DNA from: an uncultured bacterium
GTDB taxonomy: Bacteria > Pseudomonadota > Gammaproteobacteria > Burkholderiales > Burkholderiaceae_E
NCBI GenBank assembly: GCA_903866395.1
Contig: CAIPNM010000371.1
Location: forward strand, 5,787-37,786
Direction: 5' to 3'
Length of the DNA stretch: 32,000 nucleotides
Shown in pieces: positions 23,213 through 31,769 of this stretch; the stretch's first letter is position 1; each line of letters opens with the position of its first letter. Position numbers and translations under genes: made by a program. Under the pieces are notes generated by a model. That model did no database searches. It worked only from the letters and a program-made list of their open reading frames with translations, and was not told the origin of the DNA.

Positions 23213-24475
23213 ATGTCTTGCTCAGCGCTTAAACGGATTGCCGCGGGCTCCCTGCTCGTGTTTGCGCTCGTGGCCGGGGCCCCGTCAGGGTGGACGCAAG
23301 ACGCCGTTCCGGGCTACAGCATCGATCAGGTAACCCAGCGGGTGCTGGCCGGCAATCCCGATCTGCAGGTGACCGCGCTGGCGCGGGATGCTGCGCGTTC
23401 GGCGAGCACGGCTGCGCTCGCGCTCCCGAATCCGAAGCTAGACGTTTCGGGGGGGCGCGCTGCGCCGCGCGCGTCAATCGGTGGCTCGTCGTCGGTTCAG
23501 GCGTTTGGTGCCTCTCAGCTGATCGAAAGCACGGCAGTGCGGGGGGCCCGCGTTGATTCGGCGCGCGCGGCCGAACGCGGCGCTGGGCATGCCGTGCTGC
23601 AGGTTCGTAATCAATTGGTCGCGCAGACGCGCCTGGGGGCCTTCGAGGCGCTGCTACGACAGGAGGAGGCCGAGGCGGCGTCCGAGGCCTTGCGGCTACT
23701 CGACCAGGTTCGTGAGCGGGTCCGGGTGCGGGTCGACAGCGGCGAGGCGCCGCGCTACGAACTCATCAAGGCCGACGCGGAAATCATCAGCGCGCGTCAG
23801 CGTCGCGATGCCGCCCGTCTGATGGCCGAGAAAGCGCTGCTCGATCTCAACCGGCTGGCCGGTGGCGCGCTTCCCGATCGCTGGCGTCTTGCCGCCACGC
23901 TCGACGAAGCCGGACCGGCGCTGGAGCTCGACCCACTGATCCGGGAGGCCCTGGCTCGCAGCCCGGAGCTTGCACAATTGCAGGCGGAAGTGGATCGGGC
24001 GCGCGCTCAATTGCAGGCCGCGCAGGCGAGCCGCTGGCCCGGTGTCGAGGTCCGTGTCGACCATTCGCGCGAACCTGATGTGATTCAGAACAAGATCGGA
24101 CTCAGCGTCGCAGTGCCGCTTCTTGACAATCGATCCAGCGCAATCGAACAGGCCAGCGTCGAACTGTCACGCGCGCAGCGTCTGCTCGAGGGGCGCCGTA
24201 CCGAATTGCGCCAGCAGGTTCTTCTTGGCTGGAAGTCTCTTGAAATGGCGACCGGCGCGGTCGAAGCCCTCAGCCGAGGGGCAGTGCGCGAGGCTGAGGC
24301 TGCGCTTCGCGTTGCCGAGGCCGCTTATCGATTCGGCGAGCGAGGCATTCTCGAGGTGCTCGATGCGCAGCGCGTGTTGCGCTCGGTTCGCGCCGATCTT
24401 CTGCAGGCGCGTTTCCAGGCGCAGGCCGCGCGGGTTGTGCTCGAGCAGCTTGCGGCCCGTTATGTTGATCGCTGA
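23213..24475 (+). CDS. Outer-membrane efflux protein, TolC/CzcC family (OMF of an HME-RND system)
   Basis: The signal peptide is MSCSALKRIAAGSLLVFALVAGAPSGW. Two repeated coiled-coil/OEP halves are present (NPDLQ..., SPELAQLQAEVDRARAQLQAAQASRWP). It sits directly upstream of the MFP and RND genes. GTG 23198 is an alternative start. Confidence 0.8.
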   Translation: MSCSALKRIAAGSLLVFALVAGAPSGWTQDAVPGYSIDQVTQRVLAGNPDLQVTALARDAARSASTAALALPNPKLDVSGGRAAPRASIGGSSSVQAFGASQLIESTAVRGARVDSARAAERGAGHAVLQVRNQLVAQTRLGAFEALLRQEEAEAASEALRLLDQVRERVRVRVDSGEAPRYELIKADAEIISARQRRDAARLMAEKALLDLNRLAGGALPDRWRLAATLDEAGPALELDPLIREALARSPELAQLQAEVDRARAQLQAAQASRWPGVEVRVDHSREPDVIQNKIGLSVAVPLLDNRSSAIEQASVELSRAQRLLEGRRTELRQQVLLGWKSLEMATGAVEALSRGAVREAEAALRVAEAAYRFGERGILEVLDAQRVLRSVRADLLQARFQAQAARVVLEQLAARYVDR

Positions 24476-24503
24476 TTCTGTTCGAATGTTTCCGAGGTGT
24501 GTG

Positions 24504-25724
24504 ATGGCCCGACCGATTAATCGCCTGATGTTTGCCACAGCCATCGCTGCGGCGTTCACGCTGGCCGGGTGTGGCGAGCGCAGCCCTCAGGCGCCGGTGG
24601 CCACGCCGTCGGGCGCTGCGAAAGCTGGCAGTGGCAGCGCCGGTACGGGTGCAGCTGCCGCGGGCGCGCGCCGGGCGGCTGACCCGATGGAGGTCGCCGT
24701 TCGCCCTGAGATGGCGGCCTACTTCAAGGTTGGCAAAGTTGATCAGGTCGAGATGGCGCAGACCCTGGATGCGGTGGGCCGAATCGAGGCAGATGCGCGC
24801 AGGGTGGCCCGCATCGGTGCGGCCGTCTCGGGCCGCGTCACCGAGATTCTTGCGGAGGTCGGTGACACGGTGCAGCGCGGCCAACCGCTTGCCGAAATCG
24901 CAAGTCCGGAGCTCACCACCGCGCAGCTCAATTATCTGCGGTCCTATTCGGCGAGTACCCAGGCCGAACGCGCAGTCGACCGGGCCCGCCAGCTGCTGCA
25001 GGCCGATGTTATTGGGTCGGCCGAGTTACAGCGGCGGGAGTCCGAGCTCACCATTGCGCGTGCCGAGCTCGGTGCGTCACGCGACCAGCTATCCCTCATC
25101 GGCATGACGAATCTCCAGATCGATACCTTGCGCGGTAGCGGCACGTTGAACGCCCGCATGCCGATTGCATCGTCGCTGTCCGGGGTAGTGATCGAGCGCA
25201 AGCTCAGCAAGGGCCAGGTAGCGCAGCCTGGCGATTCGCTCTTCACGGTGGCCGACCTGAGCAGTGTCTGGGTGGTGGGCTCGCTGCCCGAGCAGGTGGC
25301 CAGGCAGGTGAAGATCGGCCAGACCGTCGAGATGGAAGTGGCAGCGCAACGCGGCCGAAAAATTGTTGGGAAAATCATTCATGTCGGTGACATGCTTTCA
25401 TCCGAAACCCGGTCGATCGAATTTCGCACCGAGGTTGCTAACCCGCAGCGCGAACTCAAACCCCTCATGATGGTCTCGATGCGCGTGCTCGGCGAACCGC
25501 AGCGACAGCTCGCGGTGCCGGCGGATGCTGTGGTGCGCGATAACGACCGAGACCATGTTTTCGTGCGCACCGGGCCTGACCGGTTCCGGCTGGTTCCAGT
25601 CGAACTCGGCTATGCGGTGGGGGGCTTGCGCCCGGTGCGGCGAGGGTTACAAGAAGGGGTCGAGATCGCGGTATCCGGCGCCTTTCACCTGAACAACGAA
25701 CGCAGGCGCGCCGAACTGGAGTAA
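24504..25724 (+). CDS. Efflux RND periplasmic adaptor (membrane fusion protein, CzcB/HlyD family), lipoprotein
   Basis: ATG at 24504 is preceded by GAGGTG. The lipobox is FTLAGC. A biotinyl-lipoyl-like hairpin (GRVTEILAEVGDTVQRGQPLAEIASPEL), a coiled-coil and a beta-barrel segment follow. The longer ORF from 24123 overlaps czcC and is rejected. Confidence 0.85.
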   Translation: MARPINRLMFATAIAAAFTLAGCGERSPQAPVATPSGAAKAGSGSAGTGAAAAGARRAADPMEVAVRPEMAAYFKVGKVDQVEMAQTLDAVGRIEADARRVARIGAAVSGRVTEILAEVGDTVQRGQPLAEIASPELTTAQLNYLRSYSASTQAERAVDRARQLLQADVIGSAELQRRESELTIARAELGASRDQLSLIGMTNLQIDTLRGSGTLNARMPIASSLSGVVIERKLSKGQVAQPGDSLFTVADLSSVWVVGSLPEQVARQVKIGQTVEMEVAAQRGRKIVGKIIHVGDMLSSETRSIEFRTEVANPQRELKPLMMVSMRVLGEPQRQLAVPADAVVRDNDRDHVFVRTGPDRFRLVPVELGYAVGGLRPVRRGLQEGVEIAVSGAFHLNNERRRAELE

Positions 25725-25728
25725 GCCC

Positions 25729-28700
25729 ATGATCGCGAGCCTCATTCGGGCGGCGCTCGGCCAGCGCCTGATCGTCATCGTCCTGTCGCTGGTGCTGGTG
25801 GCCTTTGGCGTTCGCGAGGCGCTTCGCCTGTCGGTCGATGCGTTTCCTGACGTCACCAACGTGCAGGTACAGATTGCCACCGAGGCCGTGGGCCGCTCGC
25901 CCGAGGAAATCGAACGCTTCGTCACCGTGCCGCTTGAAATCGCCATGACGGGGCTACCGGGGCTGGTGGAGATGCGCTCCCTCAACAAGAGCGGGCTGTC
26001 GATCATCACGCTCGTCTTTACCGATCAGACCGATGTGTATTTCGCGCGTCAGATGGTGACCGAGCGCCTGATCGAAGTGACACCGCGAATGCAGGCGGGA
26101 ATCGTGCCGGTGCTGGGCCCAGTGTCCACAGGCTTGGGCGAGGTGTACCAATACACCATCGATCATCCCGATGATGGGCAGCGTGCGCTCACCGAACAGG
26201 AACTCGCCGAGCGGCGCGCCGTACAGGACTGGGTGGTGCGACCCCTGCTTCGCTCGATCCCCGGCGTGGCGGAAATCAATTCTCAGGGCGGTTATGTGCG
26301 CCAGTATCAGGTGCAGGTCGATCCGGGCCGACTGTTCCACTTCCGTATGTCGGTCCAGCAGGTGGTGCAGGCCATTGCCGCCAACAACGCCAATTCCAGC
26401 GGCGGCATCCTGCCTCGTGCCTCTGAACAGTTTCTCATTCAGGGTGTGGGCCTCATTCGCACGGTAGACGACATTGCCAGCATCGTGATCCGTGAAGATG
26501 CTGGTGTGCCGGTGTTTGTTCGTGATGTGGCAAGCGTCAGCATCGGCTCCGAAGTCCGTCAGGGGGCCATCGTGAAGGGCGGCTACACCGAGTCGGTCGC
26601 GGGCATCGTCCTCATGATGCGCGGCGGCAACGCCAAGGAAATCGTGGGCCGCATCAAGGATCGCGTCGATGAGATCAATGCCAAGGGCATGCTGCCGGGC
26701 GGACTGAAGATCGTTCCCTTTTACGACCGGACCGACCTGGTTGACGCCGCGCTCTGGACGGTCGGCAAGGTGCTGATCGAGGGCATCTTGCTGGTGGTCG
26801 TGATCCTGTTCATTTTTCTGGGCGATGTGCGCTCTAGCCTCATCGTGGTGGCCACGATCATCATCGCGCCACTCACCACCTTCATCGTGATGAACCGCTA
26901 CGGTATCTCGGCGAACCTCATGTCCCTGGGAGGGCTGGCCATTGCCATCGGTCTGATGGTCGATGCCACGGTGGTGGTGGTCGAAAACGTCTACCTGAAG
27001 CTTGGTGAGTACGTGCCCGGAGGGAAGTCCCGCCGACGCATTGTGTTCGAAGCCACCACGGAGGTGGCAACGCCCACCATCTTCGGCATCGCCATCATCA
27101 TTCTCGTGTTTCTGCCCCTCATGACGCTGCAGGGCATTGAGGGCAAGATGTTTGCGCCGCTTGCGCTCACCATCGCCATCGCGCTGGCGGTTTCGCTGGT
27201 GGTGTCACTGCTTCTCTCTCCGGTGCTGTGCTCGTTTTTCCTCAAAGGAGGGGGCGACCACGAAACCTGGCTCATTGCTTTCCTCAAGCGCCGCTATACC
27301 CCGTTGCTTGATGCCGCGCTGGGTCTTCCCTGGGTCACCGTGGCCGCGGCGATGGCGCTCCTTGCGGCAGCCGTCGGGTTATTTCCGCTCCTCGGTAAAT
27401 CCTTCATGCCGATCATGAAAGAGGGAGCGCTCACGCCGCAGATCAATCGGGTACCCAGCATTTCGCTGGAAGAGTCGCTACGCATCGAGATGGATGCGAT
27501 GAAGCGAATTGCCGCAGTGCCGGGCGTGAAGATGGTGGTCTCCAAGCTTGGCCGTGGCGAATCGCCCGCCGACCCGGCAGGTCCCAACGAGTCTGATCCT
27601 ATCGTGCTGCTCGACCCGAAATCCGGCCGCAGTCAGGATGAAATCGACGAAGACATCCGGCAACGCCTGTCCACCATCCCGGGGGTACAGATCGTGCTCT
27701 CGCAGCCGATTGCCGAGCGCGTTGACGAAATGGTCACGGGCGTACGCTCGCAGCTTGCCATCAAGGTGTTCGGCAACGAGTTGTCTGAGTTGCGACGCAT
27801 CTCCGAAGCGGTGGCCCGGGTGCTGCGATCGGTGCCCGGTTCGCAGGACATCCGGATCGAGCGGTTGTCAGGGCAGCAGTCGCTACAGATTGAAATCGAC
27901 CGATTCGCCATCGCACGCTATGGCCTCAACGTGGCCGACATTCATCAGATCATCGAGTCCGCTGTTGGTGGCAAGGAGGTGACCTCGGTCTATGAAGGCG
28001 AGCGCCGCTATGCGGTCACGGTCCGGTTTCCGCCCGATCGCCGCAACACCATCGAAGCCATCTCGGCGATCAAGGTGCGCAGCCACGATGGAAGCGAAGT
28101 GCCCCTGTCGGCGCTGGCTCGCATTCGGCTGGTCGATGGCCCGGCGCAGCTCTCGCGCGAAGGGGCCAAGCGCAGGGTGGTGGTGGGCGCCGATGTGAAC
28201 GGCCGCGATCTGGGCGGTTTCGTTGCCGAGGTCCGCCAGCGACTGGATGCGGAGGTCCGGCTGCCCGAGGGCTACTACTTCGACTTCGGCGGGCAGTTCG
28301 AGAACATGGAGCGCGCGATGGCAACCCTGTCGGTCATCGTGCCCATCACGGTTGGCGCCATTTTCTTTCTGCTGTTTCTGCTCTTCAATTCGGTCAAGCT
28401 CGCCTCGCTCATCATTCTGGTGCTGCCGTTTGCATCAATTGGCGGCATCTTCGGATTGTTTGTCACGGGCGAATACCTGAGCGTTCCCGCCTCGGTGGGC
28501 TTCATTGCCTTGTGGGGCATCGCAGTGTTGAACGGCGTGGTGCTGGTGACCTGCATCCGACGCCTGCGCGACGACGGCAAGGATGTGGCGTTGGCGGTCC
28601 GCGAAGGCTGCCTGCTTCGCTTTCGCCCGGTGATGATGACCGCCACCGTTGCGCTGCTCGGGCTGGTCCCGTTTCTGTTCGCTACGGGGCCGGGCTCAGA

Positions 28701-28818
28701 GGTTCAGCGCCCACTCGCGGTGGTGGTGATCGGCGGTCTGATCACCTCCACCCTGCTCACCCTGGTTGTGCTGCCTGCGCTCTACCGCTGGTTCGACGAT
28801 CGTCCGCAAGAGCTCTGA
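25729..28818 (+). CDS. Heavy-metal-efflux type RND permease (CusA/CzcA family); metal specificity not assignable
   Basis: The 1029-aa product has N-terminal MIASLIRAALGQRLIVIVLSLVLVAFG...AFPDVTNVQVQI, typical of HME-RND. The TMH4 motif is GGLAIAIGLMVDATVVVVEN. It has a 12-TM/2-large-loop architecture and follows OMF-MFP in czcCBA order. Confidence 0.9.
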   Translation: MIASLIRAALGQRLIVIVLSLVLVAFGVREALRLSVDAFPDVTNVQVQIATEAVGRSPEEIERFVTVPLEIAMTGLPGLVEMRSLNKSGLSIITLVFTDQTDVYFARQMVTERLIEVTPRMQAGIVPVLGPVSTGLGEVYQYTIDHPDDGQRALTEQELAERRAVQDWVVRPLLRSIPGVAEINSQGGYVRQYQVQVDPGRLFHFRMSVQQVVQAIAANNANSSGGILPRASEQFLIQGVGLIRTVDDIASIVIREDAGVPVFVRDVASVSIGSEVRQGAIVKGGYTESVAGIVLMMRGGNAKEIVGRIKDRVDEINAKGMLPGGLKIVPFYDRTDLVDAALWTVGKVLIEGILLVVVILFIFLGDVRSSLIVVATIIIAPLTTFIVMNRYGISANLMSLGGLAIAIGLMVDATVVVVENVYLKLGEYVPGGKSRRRIVFEATTEVATPTIFGIAIIILVFLPLMTLQGIEGKMFAPLALTIAIALAVSLVVSLLLSPVLCSFFLKGGGDHETWLIAFLKRRYTPLLDAALGLPWVTVAAAMALLAAAVGLFPLLGKSFMPIMKEGALTPQINRVPSISLEESLRIEMDAMKRIAAVPGVKMVVSKLGRGESPADPAGPNESDPIVLLDPKSGRSQDEIDEDIRQRLSTIPGVQIVLSQPIAERVDEMVTGVRSQLAIKVFGNELSELRRISEAVARVLRSVPGSQDIRIERLSGQQSLQIEIDRFAIARYGLNVADIHQIIESAVGGKEVTSVYEGERRYAVTVRFPPDRRNTIEAISAIKVRSHDGSEVPLSALARIRLVDGPAQLSREGAKRRVVVGADVNGRDLGGFVAEVRQRLDAEVRLPEGYYFDFGGQFENMERAMATLSVIVPITVGAIFFLLFLLFNSVKLASLIILVLPFASIGGIFGLFVTGEYLSVPASVGFIALWGIAVLNGVVLVTCIRRLRDDGKDVALAVREGCLLRFRPVMMTATVALLGLVPFLFATGPGSEVQRPLAVVVIGGLITSTLLTLVVLPALYRWFDDRPQEL

Positions 28819-28820
28819 AA

Positions 28821-29687
28821 TCAGCGATCCATGCCGTATTCGCGCTGAATGCGCTCGATATCGTCAAATCCGATCAGCTTCTTGAATTGATCCATGCTGG
28901 TCTGCGGCAGGGGCAGGTTGCGCGCGTGCCGGTCTGCGACGAGCTTTGCAAGATTAGCGCGTATGGCGCTCGTGACCGTCATGAGCGGCACCAGCGGGAA
29001 CACCGCAAGCCCGGCGACTGATTCAATATCGGCCGGGCTCAGATCGCGTTCCAGCCAGCCCAGGATCTGCAAGGACAGACGCTTGCCGCAGGCGGCCTGG
29101 AGCCGGCGCAGGTCGTCGATCGATTTCATGGTTTTGGAGATTGGCTGAATCAGATCGGCACCGGCTTCGGCGTAGAGGCAGGCGCGTTCGATGGCTTCCT
29201 CCACGCTGTCGGCGTCGGTGCGCGCAATCACCAGAAAATCACGATCTCGGCGTGTATCGCAGGCGGCACGGATCTTTCGTGCGGCTTCTTCGGCGGGCAA
29301 TACCTCCACCTTGCTCGCTGCGGCCGGGCAGCGCTTGGGGATCAGCTGGTCCTCAAACACAATGCCCGCTACGCCGGCATGCTCGAATTCGCGCACGGTG
29401 CGGATCACGTTGATCACGTTGCCATAGCCTGTGTCGCCGTCAGCGATCACTGGGCGCTTGACCGAATTGACCATGTGACGCACCACGCCCAGATTTTCGG
29501 TCATGGTGTAAAGCTCGACATCGGGCAGGCCGAGGTGCGAGGCCGAGATGCCAAAGCCGGTGGTGAAGACGGCGTCGAATCCGGCCTCGTCGACCAGGCG
29601 AGCCGACAGCGCGTCGTAGGCGCCAGCCGACCATATGGTGCGACCGGCTTCAATGATGTTGCGTAGTGCGCGGGCATGGGTGGTCAT
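28821..29687 (-). CDS. Isocitrate lyase / PEP mutase superfamily enzyme (methylisocitrate-lyase / dimethylmalate-lyase / oxaloacetate-decarboxylase-like)
   Basis: Blocks present: WSAGAYDALSARLVDEAGFDAVFTTGFG, PVIADGDTGYG (Mg2+ site), GVAGIVFEDQLIPKRC and FLVIARTDA. The catalytic loop reads KRCPAA rather than the canonical KRCGH. SD GGAGA lies 7 nt upstream. Confidence 0.8.
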   Translation of the reverse strand: MTTHARALRNIIEAGRTIWSAGAYDALSARLVDEAGFDAVFTTGFGISASHLGLPDVELYTMTENLGVVRHMVNSVKRPVIADGDTGYGNVINVIRTVREFEHAGVAGIVFEDQLIPKRCPAAASKVEVLPAEEAARKIRAACDTRRDRDFLVIARTDADSVEEAIERACLYAEAGADLIQPISKTMKSIDDLRRLQAACGKRLSLQILGWLERDLSPADIESVAGLAVFPLVPLMTVTSAIRANLAKLVADRHARNLPLPQTSMDQFKKLIGFDDIERIQREYGMDR

Positions 29688-29722
29688 TGCGGTCTCCGGA
29701 AGAAAAGGCGTGGGGGGCGGGG

Positions 29723-30235
29723 CTAGGGGGTGGCGGTTACCCGGTGCTTCAGATAGCCGGTGAGACCGCCATGCTCGAGCATGCTGAGATCGGCGCTTGC
29801 GAGGGGCAGAAATGGCAGCGTGGCGCCGCTGCCGAGCACTACCTGCTGGCGGGCCCAGTCGATGGTGAGGGTATCCCAGCGGGTTACCGCCTGGAGGATG
29901 CCCGGGCAGGCAACCATCGGAAACCCCATGCTAATTTCACCGCGCCAGAAACCTGGCGAGAACGATTCGGCGATCAGTGCACGAATGCCCAGATGTCGCA
30001 TGGCGCGAAGCGGCGGGTAGTGGGGATGGCCATAACCGAAGTTCACTCCCCCCACCAGCACGTCGCCGGGGCGCACCTGCTGGGCGAATGTGGGGTCGAA
30101 CTCTTTCATGGCCTGAGCGGCGAGCTCTTCGATATCGGTGATCTTGATGTTTTTGACACCAACGATCTGGTCGACGTCAAAGTCTTCCTGGGGAAAGATC
30201 CAGGCGATCCGGCCGGTGATGTTTTCAAGTGCCAT
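29723..30235 (-). CDS. LeuD-like (type-2 small subunit) aconitase-family swivel-domain protein, divergent
   Basis: The 170-aa product has GRIAWIFPQEDFDVDQIVG in place of the Gk-w-fGD-I-dTD-I-P block. GDVLVGGVNFGYGHPHYPPLRAMRHLGIRALIAESF replaces NFGCGSSREHAP...GI-AVIA-SF. The fold pattern is retained but the GSSREH serine motif is missing. Confidence 0.7.
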   Translation of the reverse strand: MALENITGRIAWIFPQEDFDVDQIVGVKNIKITDIEELAAQAMKEFDPTFAQQVRPGDVLVGGVNFGYGHPHYPPLRAMRHLGIRALIAESFSPGFWRGEISMGFPMVACPGILQAVTRWDTLTIDWARQQVVLGSGATLPFLPLASADLSMLEHGGLTGYLKHRVTATP

Positions 30236-30259
30236 GGTGGGATGGGTGAGGGCGGTTGA

Positions 30260-31531
30260 TCAGACGGCGCTCGCGGCGAGCAGGGGGCGGGGGTCGGCAA
30301 TGCTGCCGGCCACGGCCGAGGCCGCGACCACGGCGGCATTGCAGATGTAGATTTCCGAGTCGGGGCTGCCCATGCGGCCCGGCACATTGAGGGTGCCGGT
30401 CGACACAGCACGCTGGCCCGCGGTCATGGTGCCGATCCGGCCAAAGCAATAGTCGCAGGAGGGCGAGCTGACAAAAGCCCCGGCGTCGGAAAACACCTGA
30501 ATGAGGCCCTCGGCTGCCGCCTGCGACATGATGGCCTGAGAGGTGGGCACGATATGAAGCGATACCCCTGCAGCCACCTGACGTCCGCGAAGCACCTGCG
30601 CCGCGGCGCGGAGGTCTTCCATGCGGCCGCTCGCGCACGAGCCGAGGTAGCCTGCGTGGATGGGCAGTCCGATGAAGTCGGTCAGGTCGCGGGTTCGCGC
30701 CGGGCTGGGCGGAATCACCACGATCGGTTCAAGCGCCGAGATGTCGATCTCGACCACCCGCTCGTAAACCGCGTCAGGGTCGCTGGTGACCGGGTCGAGC
30801 GCGATGCGCGCGCGATCGCGTGCGTAGTCGATCGCTTTCTGGTCGGGGTTGACGATGGCGGTGGTGGCGCCCACGAACATAGCCTGGCCGCAAATCGTCT
30901 GCCGGCCCTCGATGCTCATGGCATCAATCACCGGGCCGCCCAGTTCCAGCACCTTGAAGGCGCACGACGCCGGCCCCATGACCCGGACGATGTGATGGAA
31001 TATGTCGCGCGCCATCACGCCATCGCGCAGCTTGCCGTGGAGATTGACCCGGACCGTTGCGGGGACGCGCAGACTCACCGTCTCTTTGACGAACGCTTCG
31101 AGGAGGTTACGGCGGAGCCCGATGGCAAGCGTGCCGAGCGCCCCGAGTTGGCTGATGTGGCCGTCGAAATGAACTGCGAACGCGCCCGGCGTGGCATAGC
31201 CCAGCTCCGCGCTCACCTGATGCCCGATTCCTTTGCGCTCATAGACCGGAACGCCCTGCTGAGCCCCCCACTGCCGGGTCTGGATGTGAAGCTCCTCTTC
31301 CTTGGGCGTAGCGACCGGCACCATGTGGTCGATGAAAAGCGCGAACCGCTTCGGATCGGTCACCCGGTCAATGCCGAAGTCATCTTTCATCTGCTTGAAG
31401 ATGACATCGGTGTAGCCGGGGAAATCATAGGCGATGACAAAGTCGGGGCGCGCCAGCACTTCATCGCCGGCGTGCACAGCAGGGCGCTGCGCAACGCGCG
31501 CGAGGATTTTTTCGGTGATCGTGAAGCCCAT
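30260..31531 (-). CDS. LeuC/HacA-like (archaeal-type, about 420 aa) aconitase-family large subunit, divergent active site
   Basis: Strong SD GGAGGAACA precedes the start. The N-terminus is MGFTITEKILAR. The cluster Cys motifs LGSCASGRMEDL and SPSCDYCFG are retained. However, HFDGHISQLGALG replaces GTDSHT...GA-G, and GTLNVPGRMG replaces NRNF-GR-G. Confidence 0.8.
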   Translation of the reverse strand: MGFTITEKILARVAQRPAVHAGDEVLARPDFVIAYDFPGYTDVIFKQMKDDFGIDRVTDPKRFALFIDHMVPVATPKEEELHIQTRQWGAQQGVPVYERKGIGHQVSAELGYATPGAFAVHFDGHISQLGALGTLAIGLRRNLLEAFVKETVSLRVPATVRVNLHGKLRDGVMARDIFHHIVRVMGPASCAFKVLELGGPVIDAMSIEGRQTICGQAMFVGATTAIVNPDQKAIDYARDRARIALDPVTSDPDAVYERVVEIDISALEPIVVIPPSPARTRDLTDFIGLPIHAGYLGSCASGRMEDLRAAAQVLRGRQVAAGVSLHIVPTSQAIMSQAAAEGLIQVFSDAGAFVSSPSCDYCFGRIGTMTAGQRAVSTGTLNVPGRMGSPDSEIYICNAAVVAASAVAGSIADPRPLLAASAV

Positions 31532-31694
31532 TGTTCCTCCGCGGTTCGCCCGCCCGGCCGCTGGCCGCTGAACGGGCGGAGCGGAGTGGTCTCATCATGG
31601 CCAACGCCTTGGCGGACGTTGCTTGTCCGGATAGTCTAGCGATAACCCGGGCGCGCGGGGTGTTCGCGGTTCACGCCCGGAGCGCCCCTCATCA

Positions 31695-31721
31695 AAACCG
31701 GTGGTTGATTCGGGGCGATGT
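31695..31721 (+). promoter_or_regulatory. Candidate sigma70-type promoter for the downstream binding-protein gene
   Basis: TTGATT (31695-31700) and TATCAT (31716-31721) are separated by a short 15-nt spacer, about 48 nt upstream of ATG 31770. This was identified by eye only. Confidence 0.2.
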
Positions 31722-31769
31722 CCTTTATCATCCGCGGGCTTGGCAGCTTTTCCCATCAAGGAGACACAC

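Noticed and set aside
24123-24503. N-terminal 127-codon extension of the MFP ORF (start at 24123)
   Set aside because: It would overlap 350 nt of czcC in another frame. ATG 24504 has an SD and gives a proper lipoprotein signal (LAGC).
21100-31531. Possibility that the aconitase-like genes are AcnX-type cis-3-hydroxy-L-proline dehydratases
   Set aside because: Their motifs are of the LeuC/LeuD lineage (GTDSHT or its variant, GSCxxG, CxxC, swivel GSSREH-type region). They are not of the DUF521/DUF126 AcnX lineage, and no proline or hydroxyproline pathway genes are adjacent.
30554-31639. 361-aa plus-strand ORF overlapping the LeuC-like gene
   Set aside because: The minus-strand frame has a strong SD, the MGFTITEKIL N-terminus and Fe-S Cys motifs. 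The plus frame has no motifs and extends across the intergenic region.
31550-31650. Repeats in the leuC-like/SBP spacer: inverted repeat CCGCCCG...CGGGCGG, tandem GGCCGCT x2, and GATAG-N6-GATAA direct repeat
   Set aside because: They are short and GC-driven and could arise by chance in 67% GC DNA. No cognate regulator is nearby, and I cannot distinguish an operator from noise without comparative data.
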